A stretch of 64,000 bases of DNA, from assembly GCA_949298065.1 (NCBI GenBank), contig CASFUZ010000003.1, forward strand, positions 25,291 to 89,290, given 5' to 3'. This document shows positions 48,937 to 58,407 of the stretch, one piece after another; within the stretch, counting starts at the first letter, position 1, and each line of letters starts with the position of its first letter. A program made the translations under genes and the position numbers. Source of the DNA: an uncultured Pseudomonadota bacterium (GTDB taxonomy: Bacteria > Pseudomonadota > Alphaproteobacteria > RF32 > CAG-239). The notes beneath the pieces are model-generated. The model did no database searches. It was not told where the DNA came from and saw only the letters and a program-made list of their open reading frames with translations.

Positions 48937-50685
48937 TTACCTTCCGTAAGAAGCCTCAATAATCCGATTCCGTCTTTGTTCATCAAGGTCATAATTCGCC
49001 TTAATATTCAATTGCGGTGCGATGGTTGAAATAATCTTTCCGGCAGTCGGAACCGTGTTCCAACCGGAAGTAACAAAGCCCCACGTATCTTTGGTTGCTT
49101 TAGGCTCGTCCATCATCAGGAATAAGGCATATTGCGGATTTGAGGCCGGAAAAGTAGCTAAGAAAGAGGTCATAACTTTTTTGTTGATATATTTGCCGTC
49201 TACCAGCTTGTTGGCTGTTCCGGTCTTGCCGGCGACTTCATACCCCAAAACATTGGCGCGTTTGCCGGAACCTTCCACAACAACGCCGCGAAGCAATTGG
49301 CGCATTTCTTTGGATGTATTGAAGGAAACGACACGATGGCTGGCTGTATTCTTATTGTCCTTTATAAGTGTCGGTTCATGATAAATTCCGCCGTTGATAA
49401 CACCGGCAAAAGCGCTGACTAAGTGCAACGGCGTAATTGAGATACCATAGCCATAGCCAATTGTTGCCGTTGTTTCTTCGCCCCAGCGTTTGGGCACCAA
49501 AGGATAGCCTTTTTCCGCCACTTCAATGCTTTTGATTGGTTCAAAGAAACCAAGATTTTTTAAGAAGTTTTGTTGCTCTTTTTTGCCGACTTTCAAGGCG
49601 ATTTGCGCCGAGCCGATATTAGAGGAGTAAATCAAGACTTCTTGCAAGGTCAGCCACCGATTTTCGCCGCGATAATCTTTGATGGTGTTGTAGCGGAGTT
49701 TTAAGGGCTTGGTTGCGTCAAAACTATCAGCCATTTTAATTTTTCCGCTTTCCAAACCAAGCGCGGCATTAAAAATCTTCAAAACCGACCCCGGCTCATA
49801 GACACCTTTTGTCGCAAAATTAAATTGTGCGCGCGGTGTTTTATAATTATTAAGATTCGGGTCATAATCAGGCAAAGAAATCATAGAGATAATTTCGCCA
49901 TTCTTAACATCCATCAGGATAGCAGCGGCACCATCTGCGCTGAATTTTTCAACGGCGGCGGCGAGTTCGTTGCGAATAGTGTCCTGAATACCGGCATCAA
50001 TGGTCAGCTGCAGCGGAATATCAGATTCCGTTAAGCGTTCGTCAAGTTTCTTTTCAAGGCCGGATATTCCCTTGTTATCAATATTCGTGTTGCCCAAGAT
50101 ATGAGCAAAGAGATTTTTGTGCGGATAAATACGTTTTTCGCCGTCTTCAAAATCCAACCCCGGAATACCCAAATAATTGATTTGATATTGTTGCGCAGGG
50201 GAAAGGTTGCGTTTGATATAAACAAAACTTCCTCTGCGTTGGAGCTTTGATAAAATATCTTCATAGCGCATATCAGGAAAAATCCGGCTCAATTCAGCGG
50301 CGGCTTTTTTTGCGTTCAGAATTTTTTTAGGATTAGCGTAAAGGTTAACAGTGGGGAGAGAGGTTGCGATGATTGTGCCGTTGCGGTCAAGAATATCTGC
50401 GCGTTTAATGGGGTTTGCTGCATAGGCACGAATGGTGTCGGATTCATCGGCGGTTTGGTTTTCTGTGTTATTGGGTGTAATGCATACATTGAATAATCTA
50501 ACGCCGATAACCGCATACACCAACAAAAACATCAGGGTTGCAAAAGCGACACGATTCTTGCAGGTGGAAAGAGGGTCTTTCTCACAGGTATAGTTATTAA
50601 AAGAAAAACTCTTATCAATCTTAATTTCCTGACCTGGAAGATAAAAATTCTTCTCCTCGCGGCCGGAAAAATACTTTCCCCACAT
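48937..50685 (-). CDS. ftsI: Septal peptidoglycan transpeptidase PBP3
   Basis: EPGSVLK (SxxK), SSN, KTGTA; follows ftsL. Confidence 0.93.
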   Translation of the reverse strand: MWGKYFSGREEKNFYLPGQEIKIDKSFSFNNYTCEKDPLSTCKNRVAFATLMFLLVYAVIGVRLFNVCITPNNTENQTADESDTIRAYAANPIKRADILDRNGTIIATSLPTVNLYANPKKILNAKKAAAELSRIFPDMRYEDILSKLQRRGSFVYIKRNLSPAQQYQINYLGIPGLDFEDGEKRIYPHKNLFAHILGNTNIDNKGISGLEKKLDERLTESDIPLQLTIDAGIQDTIRNELAAAVEKFSADGAAAILMDVKNGEIISMISLPDYDPNLNNYKTPRAQFNFATKGVYEPGSVLKIFNAALGLESGKIKMADSFDATKPLKLRYNTIKDYRGENRWLTLQEVLIYSSNIGSAQIALKVGKKEQQNFLKNLGFFEPIKSIEVAEKGYPLVPKRWGEETTATIGYGYGISITPLHLVSAFAGVINGGIYHEPTLIKDNKNTASHRVVSFNTSKEMRQLLRGVVVEGSGKRANVLGYEVAGKTGTANKLVDGKYINKKVMTSFLATFPASNPQYALFLMMDEPKATKDTWGFVTSGWNTVPTAGKIISTIAPQLNIKANYDLDEQRRNRIIEASYGR

Positions 50686-50714
50686 ATTCTCGCTTCTGCC
50701 TTACTATAATTTAA

Positions 50715-51101
50715 TTATCGTTGAGCCTTAACCAGACGTTTAAGTTGTCTGTTTTTCTCAGCCTGATTACTGATATTTTGACGAGCCAACAGCTTTCTGC
50801 CTGATTCGCCCGATTCATAATTAAATGGTAACGCAGAATAGTTAATAATTTGTTCAGCCTTGAGCTGATTTAGCGCAATATGTTTGGTTGCCAAAGAACG
50901 AAGTCTTGCCGGATTATTCAAATGGCTCCATTCTGCCTTAAGAATATGAATAGTTTTAACGTCTTCCTCAATATTGCGATTGATGCTGGCAAGTTCTTTT
51001 TCCAGATTCTGTACCTGATTTTTCATCACGAACATTCCGAAACCGACCAAGCATGTAAGGGCAACCCAAAGTCCTAACGTTGCTGTTTTTGTACTATTCA
51101 T
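50715..51101 (-). CDS. ftsL: Cell division protein FtsL-like
   Basis: TM + coiled coil, LKAEWSHLNNPARL. Confidence 0.85.
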   Translation of the reverse strand: MNSTKTATLGLWVALTCLVGFGMFVMKNQVQNLEKELASINRNIEEDVKTIHILKAEWSHLNNPARLRSLATKHIALNQLKAEQIINYSALPFNYESGESGRKLLARQNISNQAEKNRQLKRLVKAQR

Positions 51102-51135
51102 TATCGCATTCCTTTCCTAGGTAAGCGGGTTAAAA

Positions 51136-52056
51136 TTACTTTTTGACGGCGCAGCGCAATTTTGCCGAACGAGCTCTTTTGTTGCTTTCCGTCTCTTCTT
51201 GACTTGGGGCAATCGCTTTAGAGCATTCAGCGAGGCAAGCGCTGTCATCTTTGGGCAAAACCTCCGGCATATAGCGTGATACACCGGCATTTTTGCCGCT
51301 TTGTTCTTTGAAAAAGCATTTGACAATCCTGTCTTCCAACGAGTGGAAAGTAACCACGACCAAGCGGCCGCGAGAGGAAAGAAGGTCAACGGCGCCTTTC
51401 AAACCGTTTTCAAGCTCCTCCAGCTCATTATTGACCACAATCCGCAGAGCCTGAAAAGTTCTGGTTGCCGGATCAATATTGTTGTTTGGTGTTTTATGAA
51501 TAACTTTGTAAATGATTTCGGCCAATTCTTTGGTGGTTTCAATCGGCTTAAGACGGCGGTACTCCGCGATTTTGGCCGCAATCTGGCGAGACTTGCGCTC
51601 TTCGCCGTATTTATAAATCAAATCAGCCAATTCTTTTTCAGCTGTTTCGTTGACAATATCTGCAGCCGTACGACCGGAGCAGGACATCCGCATATCAAGC
51701 GGTGCATCTTTGGCAAAGGAGAATCCTCTTTGCGCCTCATCTAACTGCATAGATGATACGCCGATATCAAAGACCGCACCGTTAATCGGCTGAGCAATAA
51801 GGTCTTTGATATTGCCGAAAGTTCCTTGCCTGAACTCAAAGCGAGAGCCGAATTTTTGTTTGAGCTCATCAACTCTGGGCAAAACCGTAGGGTCGCGGTC
51901 AATGGCGATAACTTTGCAATCGGCGGAGTTCAAAATAGCCTCGGTATAACCGCCGTTGCCAAAAGTTGCGTCAACATAAACCTCGCCGTCTTTGGGAGAC
52001 AGATATTCCAAAACTTCTTTCAGCATAACCGGAATATGTTTGGGCTGACTGTTCAT
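51136..52056 (-). CDS. rsmH: 16S rRNA C1402 methyltransferase
   Basis: HIPVML, DATFGNGG, GVSSMQLD, FHSLEDRIVK, RARSAKLR. Confidence 0.97.
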   Translation of the reverse strand: MNSQPKHIPVMLKEVLEYLSPKDGEVYVDATFGNGGYTEAILNSADCKVIAIDRDPTVLPRVDELKQKFGSRFEFRQGTFGNIKDLIAQPINGAVFDIGVSSMQLDEAQRGFSFAKDAPLDMRMSCSGRTAADIVNETAEKELADLIYKYGEERKSRQIAAKIAEYRRLKPIETTKELAEIIYKVIHKTPNNNIDPATRTFQALRIVVNNELEELENGLKGAVDLLSSRGRLVVVTFHSLEDRIVKCFFKEQSGKNAGVSRYMPEVLPKDDSACLAECSKAIAPSQEETESNKRARSAKLRCAVKK

Positions 52057-52523
52057 TATTCGCCCTCCGTCTTGCGAGTAAGGGTCGGTCTGTTTTTCAA
52101 GACCTCAGCCCGAATGCGTGCTTCTTCTTTTTCCCAGTTTTCAGGGGTCCAAATCTGGAATTTGCGTCCTTTGCCGACAAATACGGCTGTGTCGGTGATG
52201 TTAGCGTGTTTAAGAAGCTTTTCGGTGAGCATAATGCGGCCGGTAGAATCAAAGGTGAATCTTTTGGCATCTCCGAAAATAAGGTTTGTAAGGTTATCTT
52301 GGGTTTCGGAGAAAAAGTCCGTAGCGTTTTCAATCTCTGTGGCAAGCTTGTCCAACAGTTCTTCGGTGCAGCCCTCAATGCAGGGAGCGGTAAGACTGCG
52401 GTAGCAAACAATCTCAGTTGATAATTCTTTAACGATTGCGCGATAGTCTGAAGGCAAGGAAACGCGCCCTTTGGCGTCCACCTTGTTAAAAATCGTATCC
52501 ATAAAGAGAAAAGTTTTTCTCAA
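52056..52523 (-). CDS. mraZ: Division/cell wall cluster repressor
   Basis: NKVDAKGRVSLP, FDSTGRI, FQIW. Confidence 0.95.
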   Translation of the reverse strand: MRKTFLFMDTIFNKVDAKGRVSLPSDYRAIVKELSTEIVCYRSLTAPCIEGCTEELLDKLATEIENATDFFSETQDNLTNLIFGDAKRFTFDSTGRIMLTEKLLKHANITDTAVFVGKGRKFQIWTPENWEKEEARIRAEVLKNRPTLTRKTEGE

Positions 52524-52765
52524 TTTTAGAATCCTTCAAACGCATTAACCCTATACCTTATGGTATATCATGGGTTTTTATGGGTTTCAATGGGAAAATT
52601 TAGTATTTTGTTAACTGTTCATGTTTTGTTCTGAATAAAATTATTGCGATTCTCACCAATCTGGCTCTGGGCTTGGTGTAAGAAAAAATAATTTTTTGGG
52701 GATAAAAAATAACAAAAAAAGAGTGCCCCACAAGGAGCACTCCATAAGTTTAAAGGATGAGAGCG

Positions 52766-53245
52766 TTAACAGAAGCTTCCGTCCTCTGAACACTCTTTGT
52801 AAGTGTCAAAGAACTCATCCCGTGCAATGCCGTAGATATCGCTTAAATCTGTTACATTGACAAAGCCGCCTGCTTTTATATGTTGCTCTTCGTCCCAAGA
52901 ACAGATGAAAGTTGTGTCTTCCGTCAGCTCAAGAAATTTCTGAACGCCTCCGGTCGGTTTGTACCATCCGTTGCCTAGTTCGGGGCAGGGTTCATATTTC
53001 TTGGGGAATTTGGCTGCAGGAACAACGTATTTTTCGCCACCAGGGTTGGTTACAATCCAATCTCCGGCATTGGCGGTATTTGTTGTCTCTTTGGTGCCGT
53101 CAGCCAATACTGTCTCAATAACTTCACCTCCTTCAGCGCATTGAGCTTGAATACGTGCGAATTTAGCAAAGTTCTTAACAGCAGCGCCATTAGCGATTAA
53201 ACCTGCAACCATCTCTCTCATTTCGTTTTTGTTCAATGTTTTCAT
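52766..53245 (-). CDS. PGDYG-like hypothetical protein
   Basis: AGDWIVTNPGGEKYVV...F..KYE; likely start MKTLNK. Confidence 0.65.
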   Translation of the reverse strand: MKTLNKNEMREMVAGLIANGAAVKNFAKFARIQAQCAEGGEVIETVLADGTKETTNTANAGDWIVTNPGGEKYVVPAAKFPKKYEPCPELGNGWYKPTGGVQKFLELTEDTTFICSWDEEQHIKAGGFVNVTDLSDIYGIARDEFFDTYKECSEDGSFC

Positions 53246-53575
53246 TTTTTTTGTTTTTTTAGGATTAAACTTGAAGATATTATTGCATAGGAAATCAAAT
53301 TTAATCGGAAAACCCAATAAAGTTGAAAACACCATCACAATAATACCTTAATACTTATAATACTCTTTCAATATATCATACTTTGTATGAGGGTGTCTAG
53401 ACGAAATTTTGTACTTTTTGGCAAATAAAGACCTTGCTGTTTTTCTTAAAATTTGCTATAATGCAAAAAAACTCAAAGAAGGGCTCTCGGGAGAGAGCTC
53501 TTTTTTTGTTAAAATTGCTCAATCTTTTCATAAAGCACTTGCAATAATTTTGAGCTGCGTTTAATCTACCAAGAA

Positions 53576-53954
53576 CAGGCGACCGGATAGCTGCTTTGCG
53601 GAAAGGAAAATCCGCCAAAGAGGAAAGTCCGGGCTTCAAGGAAACAAGATACCGGATAACGTCCGGCCGGAGAAATCCGAGGGAAAGTGCCGCAGAAATA
53701 TACCGCCTTTTTTTGAAAGGTAAGGTTGAAAAGGCGAGGTAAGAGCTCACCGCAAAATCGGCAACGGTTTTGGCAAGGTAAACCCTATCTGAAGCAAGAC
53801 CAAGTTAGGAGGGCTGAGGCTTTATGCCTTGGTTATACGGAGGGTTTCCACTCCGCTCCAGAGGTAGGTCGCGTTGAGCCGCATAGCAATATTCGGCCAA
53901 GATGAATAGCTATCGCGCCGCAAGGCGTACAGAACCCGGCTTATAGGTCGCCTG
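53576..53954 (+). ncRNA. rnpB: RNase P RNA (type A)
   Basis: GAGGAAAGTCCGGGC, AGTGCCGCAGAAA, GGTAAACCC..GAAGCAAG, ACAGAACCCGGCTTA; P1 caggcgacc/ggtcgcctg. Confidence 0.97.
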
Positions 53955-53983
53955 AAAAGTTTTTTGTTCATAAGGAGTTGCAT

Positions 53984-54832
53984 ATGCAGACGACTATATC
54001 AAAATCAGTTCAACTAAACGGCATCGGTCTTCATTCCGGCTGTAACGTCACTATGTCAATTCTTCCCGCACCGGCCAATACGGGAATAGTTTTTCGCCGT
54101 GTTGATTTGCCGAACAAACCAGAGATTAAGGCCTTGTACAGCAATGTTGTTAATACCCAGAATTGCACTTGCTTGGGCGATGCCGAAGGCAATTTGGTTT
54201 CCACCATTGAGCATGTAATGGCTGCGTTATATGTTAAGGGCATAGACAATGCGCTGATAGAAGTCAATAATCAGGAACTCCCGATTATGGATGGCAGCGG
54301 TAAAATGTTTTTTGAGGCCTTAAAGGAAGTTGAGCTTAAGGATTTGAGCGCCCCGCGTATGTATCTCAAAGTTAAAAAGGAAGTTTCTTTTACGGATAAA
54401 AACGGCAATACGGCAAGCTTAAAACCAGCCGACAAATTTGCCATAAATTTTGAGATAGAATTTCCGTCTCAGATTGTCGGGCATCAGAAGTTCTCGGGCG
54501 AGATTACGCCGGAGGTTTTTGAACAAAAAATCGCACCTTGCCGCACTTTTTGTGAAAAATATCAGGTGGATTATCTTCAATCCATCGGTCTGGCCAAAGG
54601 CGGCAGCTTGGATAATGCCGTAGTTTTGGATGGCGAGCAGATTTTAAACCCCGGTGGTTTTCGTGTCAAAAACGAATGTGTCAACCATAAGGTTATGGAT
54701 GCTATTGGCGATTTGTTCACTTCCGGACATCGCATTTTGGGCGAATTAACCGCTTCCAAAACCGGACATTTTCATAACAACGAACTCTTAAAACTTTTGT
54801 TCGCTGACAAATCTAATTATGAATTAGTATAA
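53984..54832 (+). CDS. lpxC: UDP-3-O-acyl-GlcNAc deacetylase
   Basis: GIGLHSG, STIEHVMAAL, HKVMDAIGD, GH. Confidence 0.96.
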   Translation: MQTTISKSVQLNGIGLHSGCNVTMSILPAPANTGIVFRRVDLPNKPEIKALYSNVVNTQNCTCLGDAEGNLVSTIEHVMAALYVKGIDNALIEVNNQELPIMDGSGKMFFEALKEVELKDLSAPRMYLKVKKEVSFTDKNGNTASLKPADKFAINFEIEFPSQIVGHQKFSGEITPEVFEQKIAPCRTFCEKYQVDYLQSIGLAKGGSLDNAVVLDGEQILNPGGFRVKNECVNHKVMDAIGDLFTSGHRILGELTASKTGHFHNNELLKLLFADKSNYELV

Positions 54833-54842
54833 GGATGAGAGA

Positions 54843-55589
54843 ATGAAAAAGTTAAAACTTTTTTTGGTCTGTGTTTTTTGTTTAGGTTTAACAGTCGGCT
54901 GTTCCTCTACCAAAGAGGTGGAGAAACCGCAAACTGCGGAAGAATTGTACAATCAGGCACATGATGACCTGGACAAGACCTCTTATAAAAAAGCTGCCGA
55001 AACTTTTGAAAAAGTTGAGCTGGAATATCCTTATTCCAAATGGGCGACCAAAGCCAAAATCATGGGGGCTTATGCTTATTACAAGGACCAAAAATATGAT
55101 GACGCTATTTTAAGTCTGGACCGTTTCATCAAATTTCACCCCGGCAACAAAGACATCGCCTATGCTTATTATCTGAAAGCCCTTTGCTACTATGAGCAAA
55201 TCACCGGTGTTGAAAAAGACCAAGAAAACACACGGCTGGCTCTGCAGGCTTTGCGTCAGGTTATCACACGTTTCCCGAATACCGAATATGCCAAAGATGC
55301 TTCGCTTAAATTGGAGCTGACTTATGACCACTTGGCCGGTAAAGAGATGGAAGTCGGACGTTATTATCTCAAGCAGGGTAATTATCTTTCGGCTTTGAAC
55401 AGATTTTCGGTTGTGGTCAATGATTATCAGATGACCTCGCATATTGAGGAAGCCTTGTATCGTCAGGTAGAGATTTATACGATTTTGGGGTTAAACAAAG
55501 AAGCCAATCAGGCTTATCGGGTTTTGGAATATAACTATCCCAAGAGCAAATGGACCAAAGCCGCCCGCAAGGTGCTGAAAATAAAATAA
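54843..55589 (+). CDS. bamD: Outer membrane assembly lipoprotein
   Basis: VGC lipobox, TPR, FIKFHP, EMEVGRYY. Confidence 0.93.
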   Translation: MKKLKLFLVCVFCLGLTVGCSSTKEVEKPQTAEELYNQAHDDLDKTSYKKAAETFEKVELEYPYSKWATKAKIMGAYAYYKDQKYDDAILSLDRFIKFHPGNKDIAYAYYLKALCYYEQITGVEKDQENTRLALQALRQVITRFPNTEYAKDASLKLELTYDHLAGKEMEVGRYYLKQGNYLSALNRFSVVVNDYQMTSHIEEALYRQVEIYTILGLNKEANQAYRVLEYNYPKSKWTKAARKVLKIK

Positions 55590-55597
55590 GGTAAACA

Positions 55598-57262
55598 ATG
55601 CTTCAATCGCTCTCAATTCGCAACGTGGTTTTAATAGACAAGCTGGATTTGGACTTCAAATCCGGCTTAAGCGTTTTGACGGGTGAAACCGGCGCCGGAA
55701 AATCCATTTTACTGGATTCACTTGGGTTGGTACTTGGCAATCGGGCAGAAACTTCGCTCATTCGCCAAGGCGAGGATAAGTTGAGCGTAACCGCCACTTT
55801 TGAGGTGAAGGATAAGAATAATCCGCTTTTTGCGCTATGTGAGGAATATGAGCTTGAGGCGGATGAAGAGATAACCATCAAGAGAAGCCTGAATAAAGAC
55901 GGCAAGGGCAAAATATTTTTCAACGACCAACCCATAAGCGCCAAACTCTTAAAAGAGCTGGGCAAATATCTGGTGGAGGTTCATGGGCAGTTTGACAATC
56001 AAGGTTTGCTCAATCCCGCCAATCATCGTGATGTTTTGGACGCTTATGCCGGATATAAAAATCTTTTGGCAGAGGTAAAAGAAAAATTTGCAAACTACAA
56101 AAAAGCCAAAGCCGCAAGGTTAGAGGCGGAGAATAACGTTGCCAAAGCCAAAAGCGACGAAGATGCTTTGCGCCATTGGGTAGATGAGCTGGAAAAACTA
56201 AACCCCAAAAAAGGCGAAGAAGAGAGCCTGAGCAAAAAGCGTCTGGAAATGATGAACGCCGAAAAAATCATTGAGAGCTTGAGCTATGCTTACGGTGCTC
56301 TGACACAAGGCGCAGATGTGCAGTCAGCCATACGTCAGGCGCAATCAGCCATGGACAAGGCCAATAGCTTGGTAGAAGGCAAATATGATGACATTGTCAA
56401 TATGCTGGAGCAAGCTTTGATAGATGTGAACGAGGCCGTCAACGAGTTGGAGGAGGCCTCGCAAAGCGTAAGCTTAAACCAAAACGAGCTAGAAAATATT
56501 GAAAGCCGCTTATTTGCTTTAAGAGGCTTGGCGCGCAAACACCAAACCACCATTGATGACTTGCCGAATGTCTTGGCCGATTTTAAGCAGAAATTGGCAA
56601 CCATAGAGCTGGGCGAGGAGGGCATAAACGAACTCCGCCGCGCCGAAGAACAAGCTAAGACAGATTATATTAAGTCGGCAACGGAATTAAGCTCGCGCCG
56701 CAAGGCTGTAGCATTGCAGTTGGATAATCAGGTTATGGCCGAGTTGCCGCCGCTGAAAATGGAAAAAGCCCGTTTTGTAACCATTGTTGAAAAATTAGAC
56801 GAGAGTGCTTGGAACGAAAGCGGTTTTGATAGTGTTTATTTCACGGTTGCCACCAACCCGAACTCGCCGCAAGGACCGATTAACAAAATAGCCTCCGGCG
56901 GTGAGCTGGCCAGATTTATGTTGGCCTTAAAGGTTAACTTGGCACAAAGCTCATCGGTTTCTACCATGATTTTTGATGAGGTTGATGCTGGTGTCGGCGG
57001 TGCCACGGCTCAGGCTGTGGGCGAAAGGTTAGCCCGCTTGGCGCATGATGTTCAGGTCTTGGTTGTAACCCATTCGCCGCAAGTCGCCTCACGCGGCAAT
57101 CATCACTTTAAGGTGGAAAAAAACACGGTTGATAATGTAACCACCACCAAAGTTCGCGAGTTAAACGACATTGAACGGCATGAGGAAATTGCCCGTATGC
57201 TTGCCGGAGAAAAAATCACCGACGAAGCAAGAGCGGCAGCCAGAGTTTTAATCGGCGCATAG
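55598..57262 (+). CDS. recN: DNA repair protein RecN
   Basis: LTGETGAGKS, ASGGELARFMLALK, FDEVDAGVGG. Confidence 0.97.
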   Translation: MLQSLSIRNVVLIDKLDLDFKSGLSVLTGETGAGKSILLDSLGLVLGNRAETSLIRQGEDKLSVTATFEVKDKNNPLFALCEEYELEADEEITIKRSLNKDGKGKIFFNDQPISAKLLKELGKYLVEVHGQFDNQGLLNPANHRDVLDAYAGYKNLLAEVKEKFANYKKAKAARLEAENNVAKAKSDEDALRHWVDELEKLNPKKGEEESLSKKRLEMMNAEKIIESLSYAYGALTQGADVQSAIRQAQSAMDKANSLVEGKYDDIVNMLEQALIDVNEAVNELEEASQSVSLNQNELENIESRLFALRGLARKHQTTIDDLPNVLADFKQKLATIELGEEGINELRRAEEQAKTDYIKSATELSSRRKAVALQLDNQVMAELPPLKMEKARFVTIVEKLDESAWNESGFDSVYFTVATNPNSPQGPINKIASGGELARFMLALKVNLAQSSSVSTMIFDEVDAGVGGATAQAVGERLARLAHDVQVLVVTHSPQVASRGNHHFKVEKNTVDNVTTTKVRELNDIERHEEIARMLAGEKITDEARAAARVLIGA

Positions 57263-57377
57263 CTCTTGCATTAAAGGGCAAATTGCCTTATATCAATCTC
57301 AAATATTATCATTTTATAAATAAATTTATGCTATTTTCACATTAAATTCAGATTCTTATAAGAAAGAGGAAAAGTAA

Positions 57378-58385
57378 ATGACAAAAGTTGCAGTTGTCGG
57401 CGTAATGGAAAGTGTCGGCAGAGAAATTTTGAGCTTCTTGGAAGCAGATGGTATTAAAGCAAAAGATGTTTTTGCGCTGGAACCCAAATGCCCGTTGGGT
57501 AATCAGGTATCCTACGGCGAAGATGATGAGTTAGATGTCTTAAACTTGGATGATTTTGATTTTTCCAAGACCGATGTTGCTATTTTTGCAGGCAATGCGG
57601 AAACTTCCAAACGCTTTGTAAAAAAAGCGGCGCAGCATGCCAAGGTCATAGATTGCACGGATACCTTTTTTGCCGAGCCGGATGTTCCGATGATTATTGC
57701 CGGCTTGAATGATGAACAGATAGCCTCTGCCAAACACAATATTGTGTCTTTACCTTCGGCGATGGTAACCCAAATGCTTTTGCCGATAGAAAAGGTTATC
57801 AAGAATAACAAAATAAAGCGTATTGTCGTTTCGGCATATATTTCCGCTTCGGTTTATGGTAAGGACGGAATGGATGAATTGTTTAACCAAACCCGCAAAA
57901 TTTTTATGAACGAAACTTTGGTTGACGACCAACAAGTTTTCCATAAACAAATAGCTTTTAACGTTATTCCGCAAGTTGGCGAGTTCATCGGCGAAGAAAC
58001 ACAGTGCGAATGGTCAATGAATGCCGAAACCAAAAAGATTTTGGGCGGAGATATTAAGGTTCACGCCAATTGCGCGATTGTTCCGGCATTTATCGGTGCG
58101 GCACAGTTTGTAAATGTGGAATGCGAACAAGATGTAGATGTAGACGCTGTTCGTGGCGATATGAAGTCAGCCAAAGGCATAGTTGTTTTTGACAAGAATG
58201 TAGAAGGCGGTTATGTCAGCTTGACCGATGTTCAGGGTGAAGACGAGATTTATGTCAGCCGCCTGCGTCAGGATGCCTCGGTTGAAAACGGTTTTAGCTT
58301 TTGGTCGGTAGCAGATAACTTGCGTGTCGGCGTAGCTAAAAATGCTTTTGAAGTAATGAAACAAATCTTGGCAGAAAAGAACTAA
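57378..58385 (+). CDS. Aspartate-semialdehyde dehydrogenase homologue (Usg-like; catalytic Cys/His not seen)
   Basis: Asd fold (KQIAFNVIPQVG, WSVADNLR.G.A), but SLPSAMV at the NPNCST position. Confidence 0.8.
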   Translation: MTKVAVVGVMESVGREILSFLEADGIKAKDVFALEPKCPLGNQVSYGEDDELDVLNLDDFDFSKTDVAIFAGNAETSKRFVKKAAQHAKVIDCTDTFFAEPDVPMIIAGLNDEQIASAKHNIVSLPSAMVTQMLLPIEKVIKNNKIKRIVVSAYISASVYGKDGMDELFNQTRKIFMNETLVDDQQVFHKQIAFNVIPQVGEFIGEETQCEWSMNAETKKILGGDIKVHANCAIVPAFIGAAQFVNVECEQDVDVDAVRGDMKSAKGIVVFDKNVEGGYVSLTDVQGEDEIYVSRLRQDASVENGFSFWSVADNLRVGVAKNAFEVMKQILAEKN

Positions 58386-58407
58386 ACCCTATTAAAGGAC
58401 CCCTCTG

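Noticed and set aside
49022-49381. Plus-strand ORFs inside ftsI
   Set aside because: Antisense shadows of a conserved gene
53397-53750. 117-aa minus-strand ORF
   Set aside because: Antisense to RNase P RNA and its promoter; known spurious-ORF type
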